Made by a program: the position numbers and the translations under genes
Part shown: piece by piece, positions 50,015-61,190 of the stretch
Numbering within the stretch: the first letter of the stretch is position 1
How the letters are laid out: each line of letters opens with the position of its first letter
Source: an uncultured Actinomycetes bacterium
GTDB taxonomy: Bacteria > Actinomycetota > Thermoleophilia > Gaiellales > F1-60-MAGs149
Assembly (NCBI GenBank): GCA_963732645.1
Contig: CAVTAC010000007.1
Span: 226,161 to 290,160 of the forward strand
Length of the DNA: 64,000 nt
Direction: 5' to 3'
The notes under the pieces: model-generated
Database searches by the model: none
The model's input: only the letters and a program-made list of their open reading frames with translations
Told to the model about the DNA's origin: nothing

Positions 50015-50535
50015 CCGACCTCGCGGCGCGCGTGCGCGCGGCTGCCGTGCTGGAGGGCGACTTCCTGCTGCGCTCGGGGCGCCGCAGCCGCTTCTACGTC
50101 GACAAGTACCGCTTCGGCACGCGTCCCGACCTGCTGGCCGAGATCGGCGACGCGCTGGCCGAGCGCATCGCGGAGGTCGAGCCGAGCGCGACCCGCATCG
50201 CGGCGCCCGAGGTGGGTGCGATCGCGCTGGCGGCGGCTGCCAGCCTGCGCAGCGGGCTGCCGTTCGTGATCGTCCGCAAGGCACCCAAGGTGTACGGCAC
50301 CAGCCAGCGCCTGGAAGGGGTCTACGAGGCCGGCGAGCGCATCGTCGTGGTCGAGGACGTCGTCACGTCGGGCGGCGCGGCCATCGACTCCGTGCACGCG
50401 CTGCGCGCGGCGGAGCTGGTGTGCGAGACCGTGATCTGCGTGGTCGATCGCGAGGAGGGCGGAGCCGAGGCCATGGCGGCCGACGGCATCGCGCTGCACC
50501 GCCTGCTCGATCGCGCGTCGCTCCGCGTCGACTGA
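50011..50535 (+). CDS. pyrE: orotate phosphoribosyltransferase
   Basis: GDFLLRSGRRSRFYVDKY..., PRPP loop RIVVVEDVVTSGGA. Confidence 0.9.
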   Translation: MTDLAARVRAAAVLEGDFLLRSGRRSRFYVDKYRFGTRPDLLAEIGDALAERIAEVEPSATRIAAPEVGAIALAAAASLRSGLPFVIVRKAPKVYGTSQRLEGVYEAGERIVVVEDVVTSGGAAIDSVHALRAAELVCETVICVVDREEGGAEAMAADGIALHRLLDRASLRVD

Positions 50536-50552
50536 GCCCCGAACAGCGGGAG

Positions 50553-50586
50553 CGGGGCCGGGCTCCCTCCAACGGGCCCGGCCCCG
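50553..50586. terminator. GC-rich hairpin between convergent pyrE and HU genes
   Basis: CGGGGCCGGGC-(12 nt)-GCCCGGCCCCG, with no obvious U-tract on either strand. Confidence 0.45.
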
Positions 50587-50596
50587 AACCGCGGAA

Positions 50597-50875
50597 CTAC
50601 GTGCCCTTGACGCTGCCCTTGAGGGACGAGCCAGGGGTGAACTTCGGCACCTTGCCGGCCGGGATATTGACCTTCTCGCCGGTGCGCGGGTTGACGCCCG
50701 TCCGAGCGGCCCGGCTCTGCACGTGGAACTTGCCGAAGCCGGTGAACGCGACGTCCCCACCGCTGGCGAGCGTGCTGGAGATGGTGTCGAGCACGGCGTC
50801 AACTGCGGCGCCCGCTTCCTTCTTGCTCAGGTTCGCCTTGGCGGCAACACTGTCGATGAACTCAGCTTTAGTCAC
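50597..50875 (-). CDS. hup: DNA-binding protein HU
   Basis: GTG start preceded by GGAGG: VTKAEFIDSVAAKANLSKKEAGAAVDAVLDTI...FTGFGKFHVQSRAARTGVNPRTGEKVNIPAGKVPKFTPG. Confidence 0.9.
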   Translation of the reverse strand: MTKAEFIDSVAAKANLSKKEAGAAVDAVLDTISSTLASGGDVAFTGFGKFHVQSRAARTGVNPRTGEKVNIPAGKVPKFTPGSSLKGSVKGT

Positions 50876-51010
50876 GCGAGTCCGCCTCCATCCGGGTTGT
50901 TGGCGTGGAACGGGCGCGAACTTTACCGGAGGATTCGGATGGACATCGCCGCCTCCTGAGGCCGTTTTCGGCTTAACGGTGCGGTTTGCAGGCATTGTCC
51001 GGCCGCTGTG

Positions 51011-51024
51011 CGAACATACGTTCG
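51011..51024. promoter_or_regulatory. LexA operator (SOS box 3)
   Basis: CGAACATACGTTCG ends 1 nt before the ATG at 51026 of the exonuclease/GIY-YIG gene. Confidence 0.65.
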
Positions 51025-51025
51025 T

Positions 51026-52878
51026 ATGCAGCTCGGTCTCGACTCCGCCGACCGGCTCGCCTCGGCCCTGCACGAAGCGCAGGAACCGATGGCGCTGGCC
51101 GACGCCGCGCGGCTGCTGCTGAGCAGCAGCCGCGTGCCGGTCGACCTGCAGCGCAAGATCGTCGACCAGGTGGTGCAGGCCGACGCGCGGCTGGCATGGC
51201 GCAGCGGCACCGAGATCGCGCTCGCGGCCTGGTCGCCGGTGCGCCTGGCGCTGGGCGACGCGGTGTTCTGCGTGGTCGACCTCGAGACGACGGGCATCCG
51301 TCCGGGCGCCGACCGCATCGTCGAGATCGGCGCGGTGCGGGTCGAGGGCTTCGCGCTGGCCGACCGGTTCGAGCGCCTGGTCGACCCCGGCGTGCCGCTG
51401 CCGTCCGAGATCACGCGCCTCACCGGCATCCGGCCGCAGGACCTGGCGGGCAGGGTGGGGGTCGGATCCGCGCTGCGGGCGTTCCTGGCCTTCGCCGGCG
51501 ACGCCGTGCTGGTCGCGCACAACGCCCGCTTCGACATCGGCTTCATCGACGCCGAGCTGCGGCGCCTGCGCGGGCGCCGGTTCGCGGGCACCGTGCTCGA
51601 CACGGTGCCGCTGGCGCGCAAGCTGGTGCCGGGCCGCACGCGGTACTCGCTGGGCGCCCTCGCCGACCGGTTCTCCACCGACGCCACGCCGTGCCACCGG
51701 GCGCTGCCCGACGCGCTGGCCACGGCCGAGATCCTGCTGGCGCTGATCGGCAAGGCGCAGGAGCGCGGCGCCGAGACCGTCGACGACCTGGTGGCGCTGT
51801 CCGTGCCGCCGGCCCGGCGCGCCCACACCAAGCGCGCCCTGGCCGAGGCGGCGCCGCGCACGCCGGGCACCTACGTGATGCGCGATGCGGCCGACCGGCC
51901 GCTCTACGTCGGCGCCGCCGGCGACCTGCGGCAGCGCACCATGTCGTACTTCCGCGGCGCCGGCACACCGCGTCCGGTCGAGCGCGTGCTGCCGGCGGTC
52001 GAGCGGCTCGAGTTCCGCGAGGCCGGCTCGCCGTTCGAGGCCCGGCTGGACGAGATCGGGCTGATCGGCAGGCTGCGGCCCGGTGCCAACCGGCAGGGCG
52101 CGCGGCCCGACAAGCTGGCGTTCCTGCGGCTCGAGCGCGAGCGGCTGGCGCGGCTGGTGACGGCCGACGAGGTCGGCGTCGACGGTGCCCTCTACGCGGG
52201 GCCGGTCGGGCGGCGGCGGTCGGCCGACGACGTCGCCCGGGCCCTGCGCATGGCGTACGGGCTGCGTTCGTGCCGCGCCGCCGACCCGGTCGAGGAGGGC
52301 TGCCTCGAGGGACGGCTCGGCCGCTGCCTGGCGCCCTGCCGCGGCCCGGCCGAGCGCGCCGCCCACGACGCGGCCGCCGACGCGCTGGCCGCCGCGCTGC
52401 AGGGCGGCGGCGTGCCCATCGCGCGGATCCGCGAGCGCCGCGCCGCGCTGGCCGCCGACCTCCGGTTCGAGGAGGCGGCGCAGGCTGCGCGACGACGAGG
52501 CTGGCGCTGCGCGCGGCCGGCACCGAGCTGCGGCGGGTGCGCGCGGCCCGGTCGCTGCACGGCGTGGTGCTGTGCGCGCACCGCGACCGGCGCCTCGTCG
52601 CGGCGTTCGCCGTCGCGCACGGTCTGGTGGTCGAGCAGCGCCCGCTGCCGCGCGCGGGCGACGCGGTGCTCGAGATCTCGGCCCTGGCGACGGCGGTCGC
52701 CCGCGGCGTCGCGAACGGCCCGGGGCACGAGGGTCTGCACGCCGTGGCGGCCGAGCGCCGCGACGAGGCGCTGCACGTGGCCGCCGCCTTCGCGCGGCCC
52801 GCCTCCACCCACGTCGCCCTGCCCGGTGACGGCGCCGACCTGGTGGCGGCCGTCAGCGCCGCCCGCGAGCGCGTCTGA
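51026..52878 (+). pseudogene. DnaQ-like DEDDh 3'-5' exonuclease fused to a GIY-YIG (UvrC/Cho-like) nuclease domain; one frame break
   Basis: FCVVDLETTG, VAHNARFDIGFI, HRALPDALATAE, then PGTYVMRDAADRPLYVGAAGDLRQR. The C-terminal third is in the ORF 50986..52878 frame after a break near 52490. Confidence 0.85.
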
Positions 52879-52910
52879 GCGCCGCGGCCCGGCGTCTACA
52901 CTGAGGACCG

Positions 52911-53821
52911 ATGCGCGAGCCCGTCCACTTCGCCGATCGCCTCGCAGCGCGGGTCGAAGCGGTCTCCTCGGTGCTGTGCGTCGGCATCGATCCGCGTCCG
53001 CCGTTTCCGGCCGAGTGCTACAAGGGGCCTGCGGGACGACCGCTCCGGCCTGGCCCGCGCCGTCGAGCGCTACTGCATCGGCCTGGTCGAGGCGGCCGCC
53101 CCGGCCGCGGCCGCGATCAAGCCCCAGGTCGCCTTCTTCGAGGCCCTCGGCGGCTACGGCCTGACGGCGCTGGAGCGCGTCTGCGCCGCGGCCACCGAGC
53201 TCGGCGTGCCCGTGATCGCCGACGCCAAGCGCGGCGACATCGCCTCGACGGCCGCCGCCTACGCCGCCGCGTGGCTGGAGCCGCGGCCCGGCGGCGAGCC
53301 GCCGCTGGCCGACGCGCTGACGGTGAACCCCTACCTCGGCGGCGACTCGCTCGATCCGTTCGCGGAGGCGTGCGATCGCGCCGGCGGGGGCATCTACGTG
53401 CTCGTGCGCACCTCGAACCCCGGATCCGCCGACCTGCAGGCGCTGCAGACGCCCGACGGCGCCGTCTGGGAGTCGTCGGCGCGGCTCGTGGCCGCGCTCG
53501 GCGCCGACCGCGTCGGCGCCTCCGGCCTGTCGTCCGTGGGCGCCGTGATCGGCCTCACGCAGCCCGAGGCGCTGCTGCGGGCGCGCGCGCTGATGCCGAC
53601 GGCGCCGCTGCTGATTCCCGGCCTCGGCGCCCAGGGCGGGCGCATCGAGGACGCGGCGCCCGCCTTCACGCCGCATCCGGCCGCCGGGCTGGTCGTCGCA
53701 GCGCGCTCGGTGATCGAGGCGTGGCGCGGACGCGGACGGGGACTGCCGGCACGCAGTTGCGGCCGCGGCGCAGGAGCATCGCACCACGACGTGGAATGTC
53801 GTGCGGCATGCGTTTGCGTGA
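52911..53821 (+). pseudogene. pyrF: orotidine 5'-phosphate decarboxylase (type 2); two frame breaks
   Basis: VLCVGIDPRP, IADAKRGDIASTAAAYA, VNPYLGGDSL, VLVRTSNPGS, LIPGLGAQGG. Breaks are near 53025 and 53725. Confidence 0.85.
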
Positions 53822-54188
53822 TTCCAGCCGCGCCGCGATGCGCCGTCGCTCGTACCGGCGTTTCTCGGCCTGGACGTTCGTCGCCCCTGCGGCGCTGCTC
53901 GTGGCGGTCGTGATCGTGGTGTCCGTCATCACGAGCACGCTCGACGCGCGCCGCAAGGAGGCGCGCGGAGCAAGCCCGGCGACGACCGCTGCCGCGACCA
54001 CGGCGGCCGCCAGCGCCGGCAGCACCGCGACGGGACCGGTCGAGAAGAAGTTCCACCGCGTCAAGGACGGCGAGTCGTTCTCGTCGATCGCCGACGACTT
54101 CAACACCTCGGTCGACGCGCTGACCGAGCTGAACCCGAACGTCGACCCGCTGAAGCTCACGCCGGGGGCGCGGATTCGCGTGCAGTAG
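53796..54188 (+). CDS. membrane-anchored LysM-domain protein
   Basis: TM (FVAPAALLVAVVIVVSVI), Ala/Thr linker, then LysM (HRVKDGESFSSIADDFNTSVDALTELNP...PGARIRVQ). The start is one of the ATGs at 53796, 53808 or 53838. Confidence 0.7.
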   Translation: MSCGMRLRDSSRAAMRRRSYRRFSAWTFVAPAALLVAVVIVVSVITSTLDARRKEARGASPATTAAATTAAASAGSTATGPVEKKFHRVKDGESFSSIADDFNTSVDALTELNPNVDPLKLTPGARIRVQ

Positions 54189-54903
54189 GCGCCTCGTCGG
54201 GCGTCTCCAGCAGCAGCGCGATCAGCAGGCAGTCGCTGGCGTAGGCGGCCAGCGCCAGCACCAGCAGCAGCGCCCCGAGGAAGCCGGGGAAGACGCCGTC
54301 GGAGTCGGTGATCGTGCCGACGAAGAGCGAGAAGATGACGTCGCCGACGAAGATGAACGTGATCCACGTCAGCAGCGCCTCGCGCCAGCGGCTGCCGCCA
54401 GATGCGCAGGCTGCGCCGGATCGCGTCGGCGATCGTCCGGTCCTCGAAGACGACCGCGTAGTCGGCGAAGCCGAAGATGACGGCCAGCGCGAGCCCGCCG
54501 AACAGCGCCGGCACGGCGTAGTCGTTGACGGCCGCCACGCCGAGCCCGAGCGCGAGCGCGGCCCGTGACGAGGTAGATGACGGCGAGCATGCGCGAACGC
54601 CCGCGTCCCCGGCCACCAGCGCAGCGCGCCGTCGCTGATCGAGCGGATGAACGCGCCGGCCAGCCACGCGGTCAGCAGCGACGGCGGCGAGCACGAGCGC
54701 GACGGCGAGCGCGACGTACGTCGCCGGTCGAGGTGGACGAGGCGCCGAACAGGTCGAGCGTGTCGCGGTCGTCGGCGACGTCGCGGGCGTAGACGTCGAA
54801 CGTGACGGCGTCGTGCGACGGCCAGCGTGACCGGCAGCATCAGCAGCGCGCCGCCCACCTGGAGGGCGATCGGGAAGAACAGCAGGCGCTGGTTGGACGC
54901 CAT
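54157..54903 (-). pseudogene. hypothetical integral membrane protein; several frame breaks
   Basis: Hydrophobic segments are recoverable from three minus-strand frames (MASNQRLLFFPIALQVGGALLMLP...; ...AVNDYAVPALFGGLALAVIFGFADYAVVFEDRTIADAIRRSLRIW; ...ITFIFVGDVIFSLFVGTITD...). No family recognised. Confidence 0.35.
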
Positions 54904-55048
54904 GATGCGCCCGGCGCGCCGGAGCCAGGCGCCCGTCGCTCGACGGCGCTCGGACAGGGCTGCGCTCCACGGCGGGCAGTATAGGGCGGCGGCGCGGCCC
55001 GGCCCGGAAGCGACGGTGACGCGGAGCCGGTGGGCTAGCCTTCGCGCC

Positions 55049-56195
55049 GTGCGGCGGCCGATCGCGATCATCGCGCTGCTGCTCGCGGGCGCCGTGCCGG
55101 CGGCCCGGGCGGCGGAGCCACCCGACGTGACGTTCCCGAGCTACGTGGTCGCCGACGGCCGCGACGGCCGCATCCTGGCCGAGCAGCAGGCCGACGCGCC
55201 GCGGGCGATCGCGAGCATCACGAAGATGATGACCGCGTACCTGGCGCTGCAGGCCGGCGCGCTGGAGCAGGCGCTACACCGTCCCGGTCGCCGCGACGAC
55301 CATCGGCGAGTCGACCGCCGGCCTGCGCGCCGGACGCCGCGTGTCCGGGCCGCGACCTGCTCGAGGCCCTGATGGTGCCGAGCGCCAACGACGCCGCCGA
55401 GACGCTCGCGATCGGCATCGACGGCTCCGAGGCGGCGTTCGTGCGCCGCATGAACCGCACCGCGAAGGAGCTCGGCATGACCGACACCGTCTACAAGCGC
55501 GCCGTACGGCCTCGACGCCGCGGGCCAGCACTCGACGGCCGCCGACCAGCTGATCCTGGCCCGGGAGCTGATGCAGAACGACGCGGCCTGCGGCCGATCG
55601 TCCGGCTGCGGTCGGCCGTCGATCGACGGGCTGCGGCTGGCCGCGGCCAACACGATGCTCGGCGTCTACGCGGGCGCCGACGGCGTCAAGACCGGGCACA
55701 CCAACGACGCCGGCTGGTGCCTCGCGGCGACCGCGCCGAGCGCGGCGGGCAGCCGCATCTACGTCGTCGGGCTCGGCGCGCGCCGACCAGGCGACCCGCG
55801 ACCGCGACATCGCGCCGCCTGCTGGACTGGGGCTTCTCGCAGCTGCAGCCGCGTCGTCGCCGTGCGCGCGGGCACGGTCGGCGGCCGGCTGGCGCTGCCG
55901 TACGGCGGCACGGTCGACGCGCGCGTCGCAGAAGACGCTGCGCCTCACGATCCGGCCGGGCGAGCAGGTGCGCCTGCGCTACCGGCTGGCGAGCCGCGGA
56001 ACCGCCGCTCGCCCAGGGCGCAGGCGATCGGCCAGGTGGAGGTGCTGGTCGGCGACACGGTGGCGGCGAAGACGGCGCTCGTCGCGGCCCGCGACGTGGC
56101 GGCGCCGGGCCTCGTCGACCGGCTCTCGTTCATGGCCGGTCACCGTGCTCGGACCCCTTCGGGCTCTGATCGTCCGCTACCCTCTCGCGTGGTGA
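55049..56195 (+). pseudogene. D-alanyl-D-alanine carboxypeptidase (S11, PBP5/DacB-like); about 6 frame breaks
   Basis: Signal peptide, SITK (SxxK), PSANDAAE (SxN) and VKTGHTNDAG (KTG), spread over three frames. The C-terminal boundary is tentative. Confidence 0.8.
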
Positions 56196-57154
56196 TCGTC
56201 ACCGTCACCCCCAACGCGGCGATCGACAAGACCCTGCAACGTCGCGAACTTCCAGCTCGGCCAGCGGCATCGGTGCCAGCGCGGAGACTCCCTGGCCGGC
56301 GGCAAGGGCATCAACGTCGCGCGCGCGCTGAAGCGCCTCGGCGAGCCGGTCGTCGCGTGCGGGCCTGGCCGGCGGCCGCAACGGCACGCTGATCGTCGAG
56401 GACCTGATGCGCGAGGGGATCCTGAACGACTTCGTGCGCATCGCCGACGAGTCGCGGATGACCACCGTCGTGACCGATCCGACGCATCGGGCGGCAGACC
56501 GAGATCTTCGAGTACGGCCCCGAGGTCGAGCCGGCCGAGCTGGCCGTGCTGTCGCGAGAAGCTCCGCTACCTGTCGGCGCAGCGCCACGGCCATCGTGCT
56601 GGCCGGGTCGCTGCCCCGCGCGCGTCGATCCCGACTGGTACGCGCAGACCGTCCGCGACCTGCGCCGGCGCGACGTCGAGCTGGTCGTCGACTCCGAGGG
56701 CGACCCGCTGCGCCAGGCGTTCGCCGCGAACCCCGACTGGGTGGCGCCGAACCAGGCCGAGGCCGAGGAGATGGTCGGGCACGAGTTCTCGACCGACGCC
56801 GACTTCGCGCTGGCGCTCGACGAGATCGCCGAGATGGGCCCGCGCAACGTGCTCATCACGCGCGAGAACGGCGTGCTACGCGCTCGTGCGCGAGGGCCCG
56901 AAGACGCGCCGCTTCCAGGTCGACGTCGAGCCGCGTCGAGGCCGGTCTCGACGGTCGGCTCCGGCGACGCGCTGCTGGCCGGGTTCCTGGCCGCGCGGGT
57001 GCGCAAGCGGCCGGTCGAGGAGTGCCTGCGCCAGGCCGTCGGCTGCGGCACCGCCAACACCCGCTCGGTCGGCGCCGGACGCTTCGATCCGCGCGACGCG
57101 ACGCGGTTTGCCGCGCTCTCTCGGGTAACCGAGCTGACCGGCTCCGCCGTCTGA
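56189..57154 (+). pseudogene. PfkB-family sugar kinase (1-phosphofructokinase/tagatose-6-phosphate kinase-like); about 7 frame breaks
   Basis: VIVTVTPNAAIDKT, AGGKGINVARAL, NQAEAEEM, TVGSGDALLAGF, spread over three frames. Confidence 0.8.
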
Positions 57155-57297
57155 CGCGCTGCGCGGCGCGCCGCGGCCTGCCGTGGCCGTCCGCCACCGT
57201 CGCTAGGATCCTCGAAAGCAAACGACATTCGCCGCTCGGCCGTCCGTTCCTTCATCGCCGGCAGATGCGGTGGAGACGCGGGATGGTGACGCAGGCG

Positions 57298-58463
57298 TGG
57301 AGATAGAGATCGGGCGCGGCAAGAAGGCTCGGCGGGCATACGGCTTCGACGACATCGCGATCGTGCCGTCACGGCGCACGCGAGACGCCGAGGACGTCGA
57401 CATCGGCTGGAAGCTCGGGCCGTACCTGGTCGAGCTGCCGCTGCTCGCCTCGGCCATGGACGGCGTCGTGTCGCCGTCCACGGCGATCGCGCTCGGCAGC
57501 ATGGGCGGCCTCGGCGTGCTCAACCTCGAGGGCATCTGGGCGCGCTACGACGACGCCGACAAGCAGCTCGAGGAGATCGCCGAAGCTCGACGAAGGCGCG
57601 AGGCCACGCGGCGGCATGCAGGAGATCTACCAGGAGCCCGATCAAGCCCGAGCTGATGGCGCAGCGCGTCCGCGAGATCAAGGCGGCCGGCGTGCTCGCC
57701 GCCGCCTCGCTGACGCCGCAGCGCGTCCGCGAGAACTACGAGGCGGTGCTCGAGGCGGGGCTCGACATCCTCGTCATCCAGGGCACGGTCGTCTCGGCCG
57801 AGCACGTCTCGACGGTCGTCGAGCCGCTCAACCTGAAGGAGTTCATCGCGGCGCTGCCCGTGCCGGTGATCGTCGGCGGCTGTGCCTCGCTACCAGACGG
57901 CGCTGCACCTGATGCGCACCGGCGCCGCCGGCGTGCTCGTCGGCGTCGGCCCCGGCGCCGCGTGCACCACGCGCGGCGTGCTCGGCGTCGGCGTCCCGCA
58001 GGCCACGGCCATCGCCGACGCCGCGGCCGCCCGCGTCCAGCACCTGATCGAGACCGGCCAGTACTGCAACGTGATCGCCGACGGCGGCATGCGCACCGGC
58101 GGCGACATCGCCAAGGCGATCGCCTGCGGCGCCGACGCCGTGATGGTCGGCTCGCCGCTCGCCCGGGCCCACGAGGCGCCCGGCCACGGCTTCCACTGGG
58201 GCATGGCGACCTTCCACCCGACGCTGCCGCGCGGCGCCCGCGTGAAGACCGACCAGGTCGCGACGCTCGAGGAGGTCGTGCTCGGCCCGGCCCGCGAGAA
58301 CGACGGCACGCTCAACCTCATGGGCGCGCTGCGCACGTCGATGGCGACCTGCGGCTACGAGACGATCCACGAGTTCCAGAAGGCCGAGATCATGTTCGCG
58401 CCGGCGCTGCAGACCGAGGGCAAGAAGCTGCAGAACGAGCAGGGCATCGGGATGAGCCGCTGA
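57298..58463 (+). pseudogene. GuaB3-type IMP dehydrogenase family protein; about 3 frame breaks
   Basis: VEIEIGRGKKARRAYGFDDIAIVPSRRTRD, YQTALHLMRTGAAGVLVG, ADGGMRTGGDIAKAIACGADAVMVG. Breaks are near 57590, 57640 and 57890. Confidence 0.85.
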
Positions 58464-60081
58464 TGTCGAGCTTCTGGCCGGACAACGAGTCGCACGTGGC
58501 CGAGGTGCCGATCGAGCCGGCGCGCTGGAGGACCGCGGCCGGTGCTGGTGCTCGACTTCGGCGGCGCAGTACGCCCAGCTGATCGCGCGCCGCGTGCGCG
58601 AGTGCCGCGTGTACTCCGAGCTCGATCGCCGCACGACACGCCGGCCGACGAGATCGTGGCCCGCGAGCCGCTCGGCATCATCCTCTCCGGCGGCCCGGCG
58701 TCGGTGTACGAGCCGAGGGCGCGCCGGCGCTCGATCCGGGCGTGCTCGACCTCGGGATCCCGGTGCTCGGCATCTGCTACGGCATGCAGGCCATGGCGCT
58801 CGCGCTCGGCGGCGAGGTCGGGCGGACCGGCAAGGCCGAGTTCGGCAAGGCCGCCGCTCGAGACGCAGCCCGACGCGCGTGCTGTTCCGCGAGCTGGCCG
58901 TCGAGCAGAGCTGCTGGATGAGCCACAACGACTCGGTCGACCGGCGTGCCGGCCGGCTTCCGCGTCACCGCCTCGTCGCGGCAACGCGCCGATCGCGGCG
59001 ATGGAGTCGGCCGAGCGCGGGCTCTACGCCGTGCAGTTCCACCCCGAGGTCGTCGCACACGCCGGCGCGGCCAGGACATCCTCAAGAACTTCCTCTACCG
59101 CGGCTGCGAGGCGCCGCGCCACGTGGACGGCCGCGCACGTGATCGAGGAGCAGGTCGCGCGCATCCGCGCAGCAGGTCGGCTCCGAGCGCGTCATCTGCG
59201 CGCTGTCCGGCGGCGTCGACTCGGCCGTCGCGGCGCTGCTCGTCCACAAGGCGGTCGGCGACCAGCTGACGTGCGTCTTCGTCGACCACGGGCTGCTCCG
59301 CGCAGGGCGAGGCCGAGCAGGTCGTCGAGACGTTCGGCGGCCACCTCGAGGTGCCGCTCGTGCACGTCGCAGGCGCAGGAGCGGTTCCTCGTCGCTCCTG
59401 GCCGGCGTGACCGATCCCGAGACGAAGCGCAAGATCATCGGCGAGACGTTCATCCGCGTCTTCGAGGACGAGGCCACGCAAGCTCGACGGCGTCCACTTC
59501 CTGGTGCAGGGCACGCTCTACTCCGACGTGATCGAGTCGGGCGTCGAAGACGGCCGCGAAGATCAAGTCGCACCACAACGTCGGCGGCCTGCCCGACGAC
59601 ATGGACATGGAGCTCGTCGAGCCGCTGCGGCTGCTGTTCAAGGACGAGGTGCGGCGCGTCGGCGAGGAGCTCGGGCATGCCGGAGCGCGATGGTCTGGCG
59701 CCAGCCGTTCCCCGGGCCCGGGCCTCGCGATCCGCATCATCGGCGACGTCACCGAGGAGCGGCTCGCGATCCTGCGCGCGCGCCGACGCGGTGCTGCAGG
59801 AGGAGATCCGCAGCGCCGGCCTGTACGGCGAGCTGTGGCAGAGCTTCGTGGTGCTGCCGGCCATCAAGTCGGTCGGCGTGATGGGCGACTCGCGCACCTA
59901 CGCCTACCCGGTGGTCATCCGCGCCGTCACCTCCGACGACGCGATGACGGCCGACTGGGCGCGCCTGCCGTACGACCTGCTGGAGCGCATCTCGAGCCGC
60001 ATCATCAACGAGGTCGCCGGCGTGAACCGCGTGACGCTCGACATCACGTCGAAGCCGCCCGGCACCATCGAGTGGGAGTAG
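58463..60081 (+). pseudogene. guaA: GMP synthase (glutamine-hydrolysing); at least 12 frame breaks
   Basis: [80 protein letters not shown]...KPPGTIEWE*. The ATG overlaps the guaB3 stop (TGATG). Confidence 0.9.
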
Positions 60082-60091
60082 CGGCGGCCGC

Positions 60092-60493
60092 TTAGCCGCG
60101 CAGGATCTCGGCCGCCGCGCCGATCTCGTCCATGTCGCCGGGCGCGGGCGTCCACGGCAGCCGCAGGCCGTCGTCGGCGTAGCGCGGCACCACGTGGATG
60201 TGGAAGTGGAAGACGGTCTGCCACGCCGCGGGCTTGCAGGAGTTGATCAGGTTGACGCCCTCGGCGCCGAGATCGTCGAGCGCCCGGCGCGCGAGGTCCT
60301 GGGCGGCGAGCGCGCAGGCCGCGAGGTCGTCGGCCGGGATCTCGGTCAGGTCGGCGGCGTGCGCGCGCGGGATCACGAGGCAGTGGCCGCGCGTGCCCGG
60401 GTTGATGTCCATGAACGCCAGCGTCCGCTCGTCGGAGCGGACGATCGTGGCGGGAATCTCGCCCGCGACGATCTTGCAGAAGATGCAATCCAC
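60092..60493 (-). CDS. HIT family (Hint-like) nucleotide hydrolase
   Basis: [15 protein letters not shown]...[16 protein letters not shown]...[11 protein letters not shown]. Confidence 0.9.
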   Translation of the reverse strand: MDCIFCKIVAGEIPATIVRSDERTLAFMDINPGTRGHCLVIPRAHAADLTEIPADDLAACALAAQDLARRALDDLGAEGVNLINSCKPAAWQTVFHFHIHVVPRYADDGLRLPWTPAPGDMDEIGAAAEILRG

Positions 60494-60517
60494 GCGGCCA
60501 GTCTACTGTTGGACCGC

Positions 60518-61102
60518 GTGAACTCCAGAACGGCGACCACCCTTGCGCTCGTCAGCTACGGCGTGCTCGCCCTCTGCATCACGAGCCTCTTTCTGGCGAT
60601 GCGCGAGCTGATGGAGATCGGCGGCTCGTGCGGACAGGGCGGCCCCGACTGCCCCGGCGCCACGGCGGCCACGATCCCGCTGTCGATCATCGTCGGGCTC
60701 GGGGCGGCCTTCGCGAGCGTCTTCCTCTCCCTGGCCGCCGGCCTGCCCGTGCTGGCCGGGCTCGCGTGGCCGGCGCTGTTCTGCTCGCTGGGCTGGAACT
60801 TCCTGGAGTACGCCTTCGATCCCGAGGCCGGCGGGGTCGAGGTCGGCTTCCTGATCTGCGGCATCCTGTTCTGGGTGATGGGCGCCGGGCCGCTGGTGGG
60901 TACGGTGTACGCGCTGCGGGGCAGCTCGGTGGCCCGGACGATGCACGGGTTCCCGAGCGGCGTCGCCCGCCGGATCGAGGGCCGGGCCGGCGTGGATCCG
61001 GAGCAGGTGCGCATCGCCGTCCGGGGCGGCTACGTCGCCGTCGGGAGCGCCGCCGCGCTCGGTGTCGTCACCGGCATCTGGCTCCAGACCACCCTGCTAT
61101 AG
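60518..61102 (+). CDS. hypothetical integral membrane protein
   Basis: GTG start, about 5 hydrophobic helices, typical GC3, no family recognised. Confidence 0.45.
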   Translation: MNSRTATTLALVSYGVLALCITSLFLAMRELMEIGGSCGQGGPDCPGATAATIPLSIIVGLGAAFASVFLSLAAGLPVLAGLAWPALFCSLGWNFLEYAFDPEAGGVEVGFLICGILFWVMGAGPLVGTVYALRGSSVARTMHGFPSGVARRIEGRAGVDPEQVRIAVRGGYVAVGSAAALGVVTGIWLQTTLL

Positions 61103-61190
61103 TCCGGCCGTTGCCGCAGCGCGGTCCGGTATTCGCGCTGCGCTTTCGCCCCTTTCGAGGGCCCCGCCCAACCACTCCGACGGATCGCCG

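Noticed and set aside
50985-51030. A sigma-70-type promoter for the exonuclease/GIY-YIG gene comparable to the LysM gene promoter.
   Set aside because: TTGCAG is present, but no acceptable -10 hexamer lies at 16-18 nt spacing. I could not define the promoter, so only the SOS box is reported.
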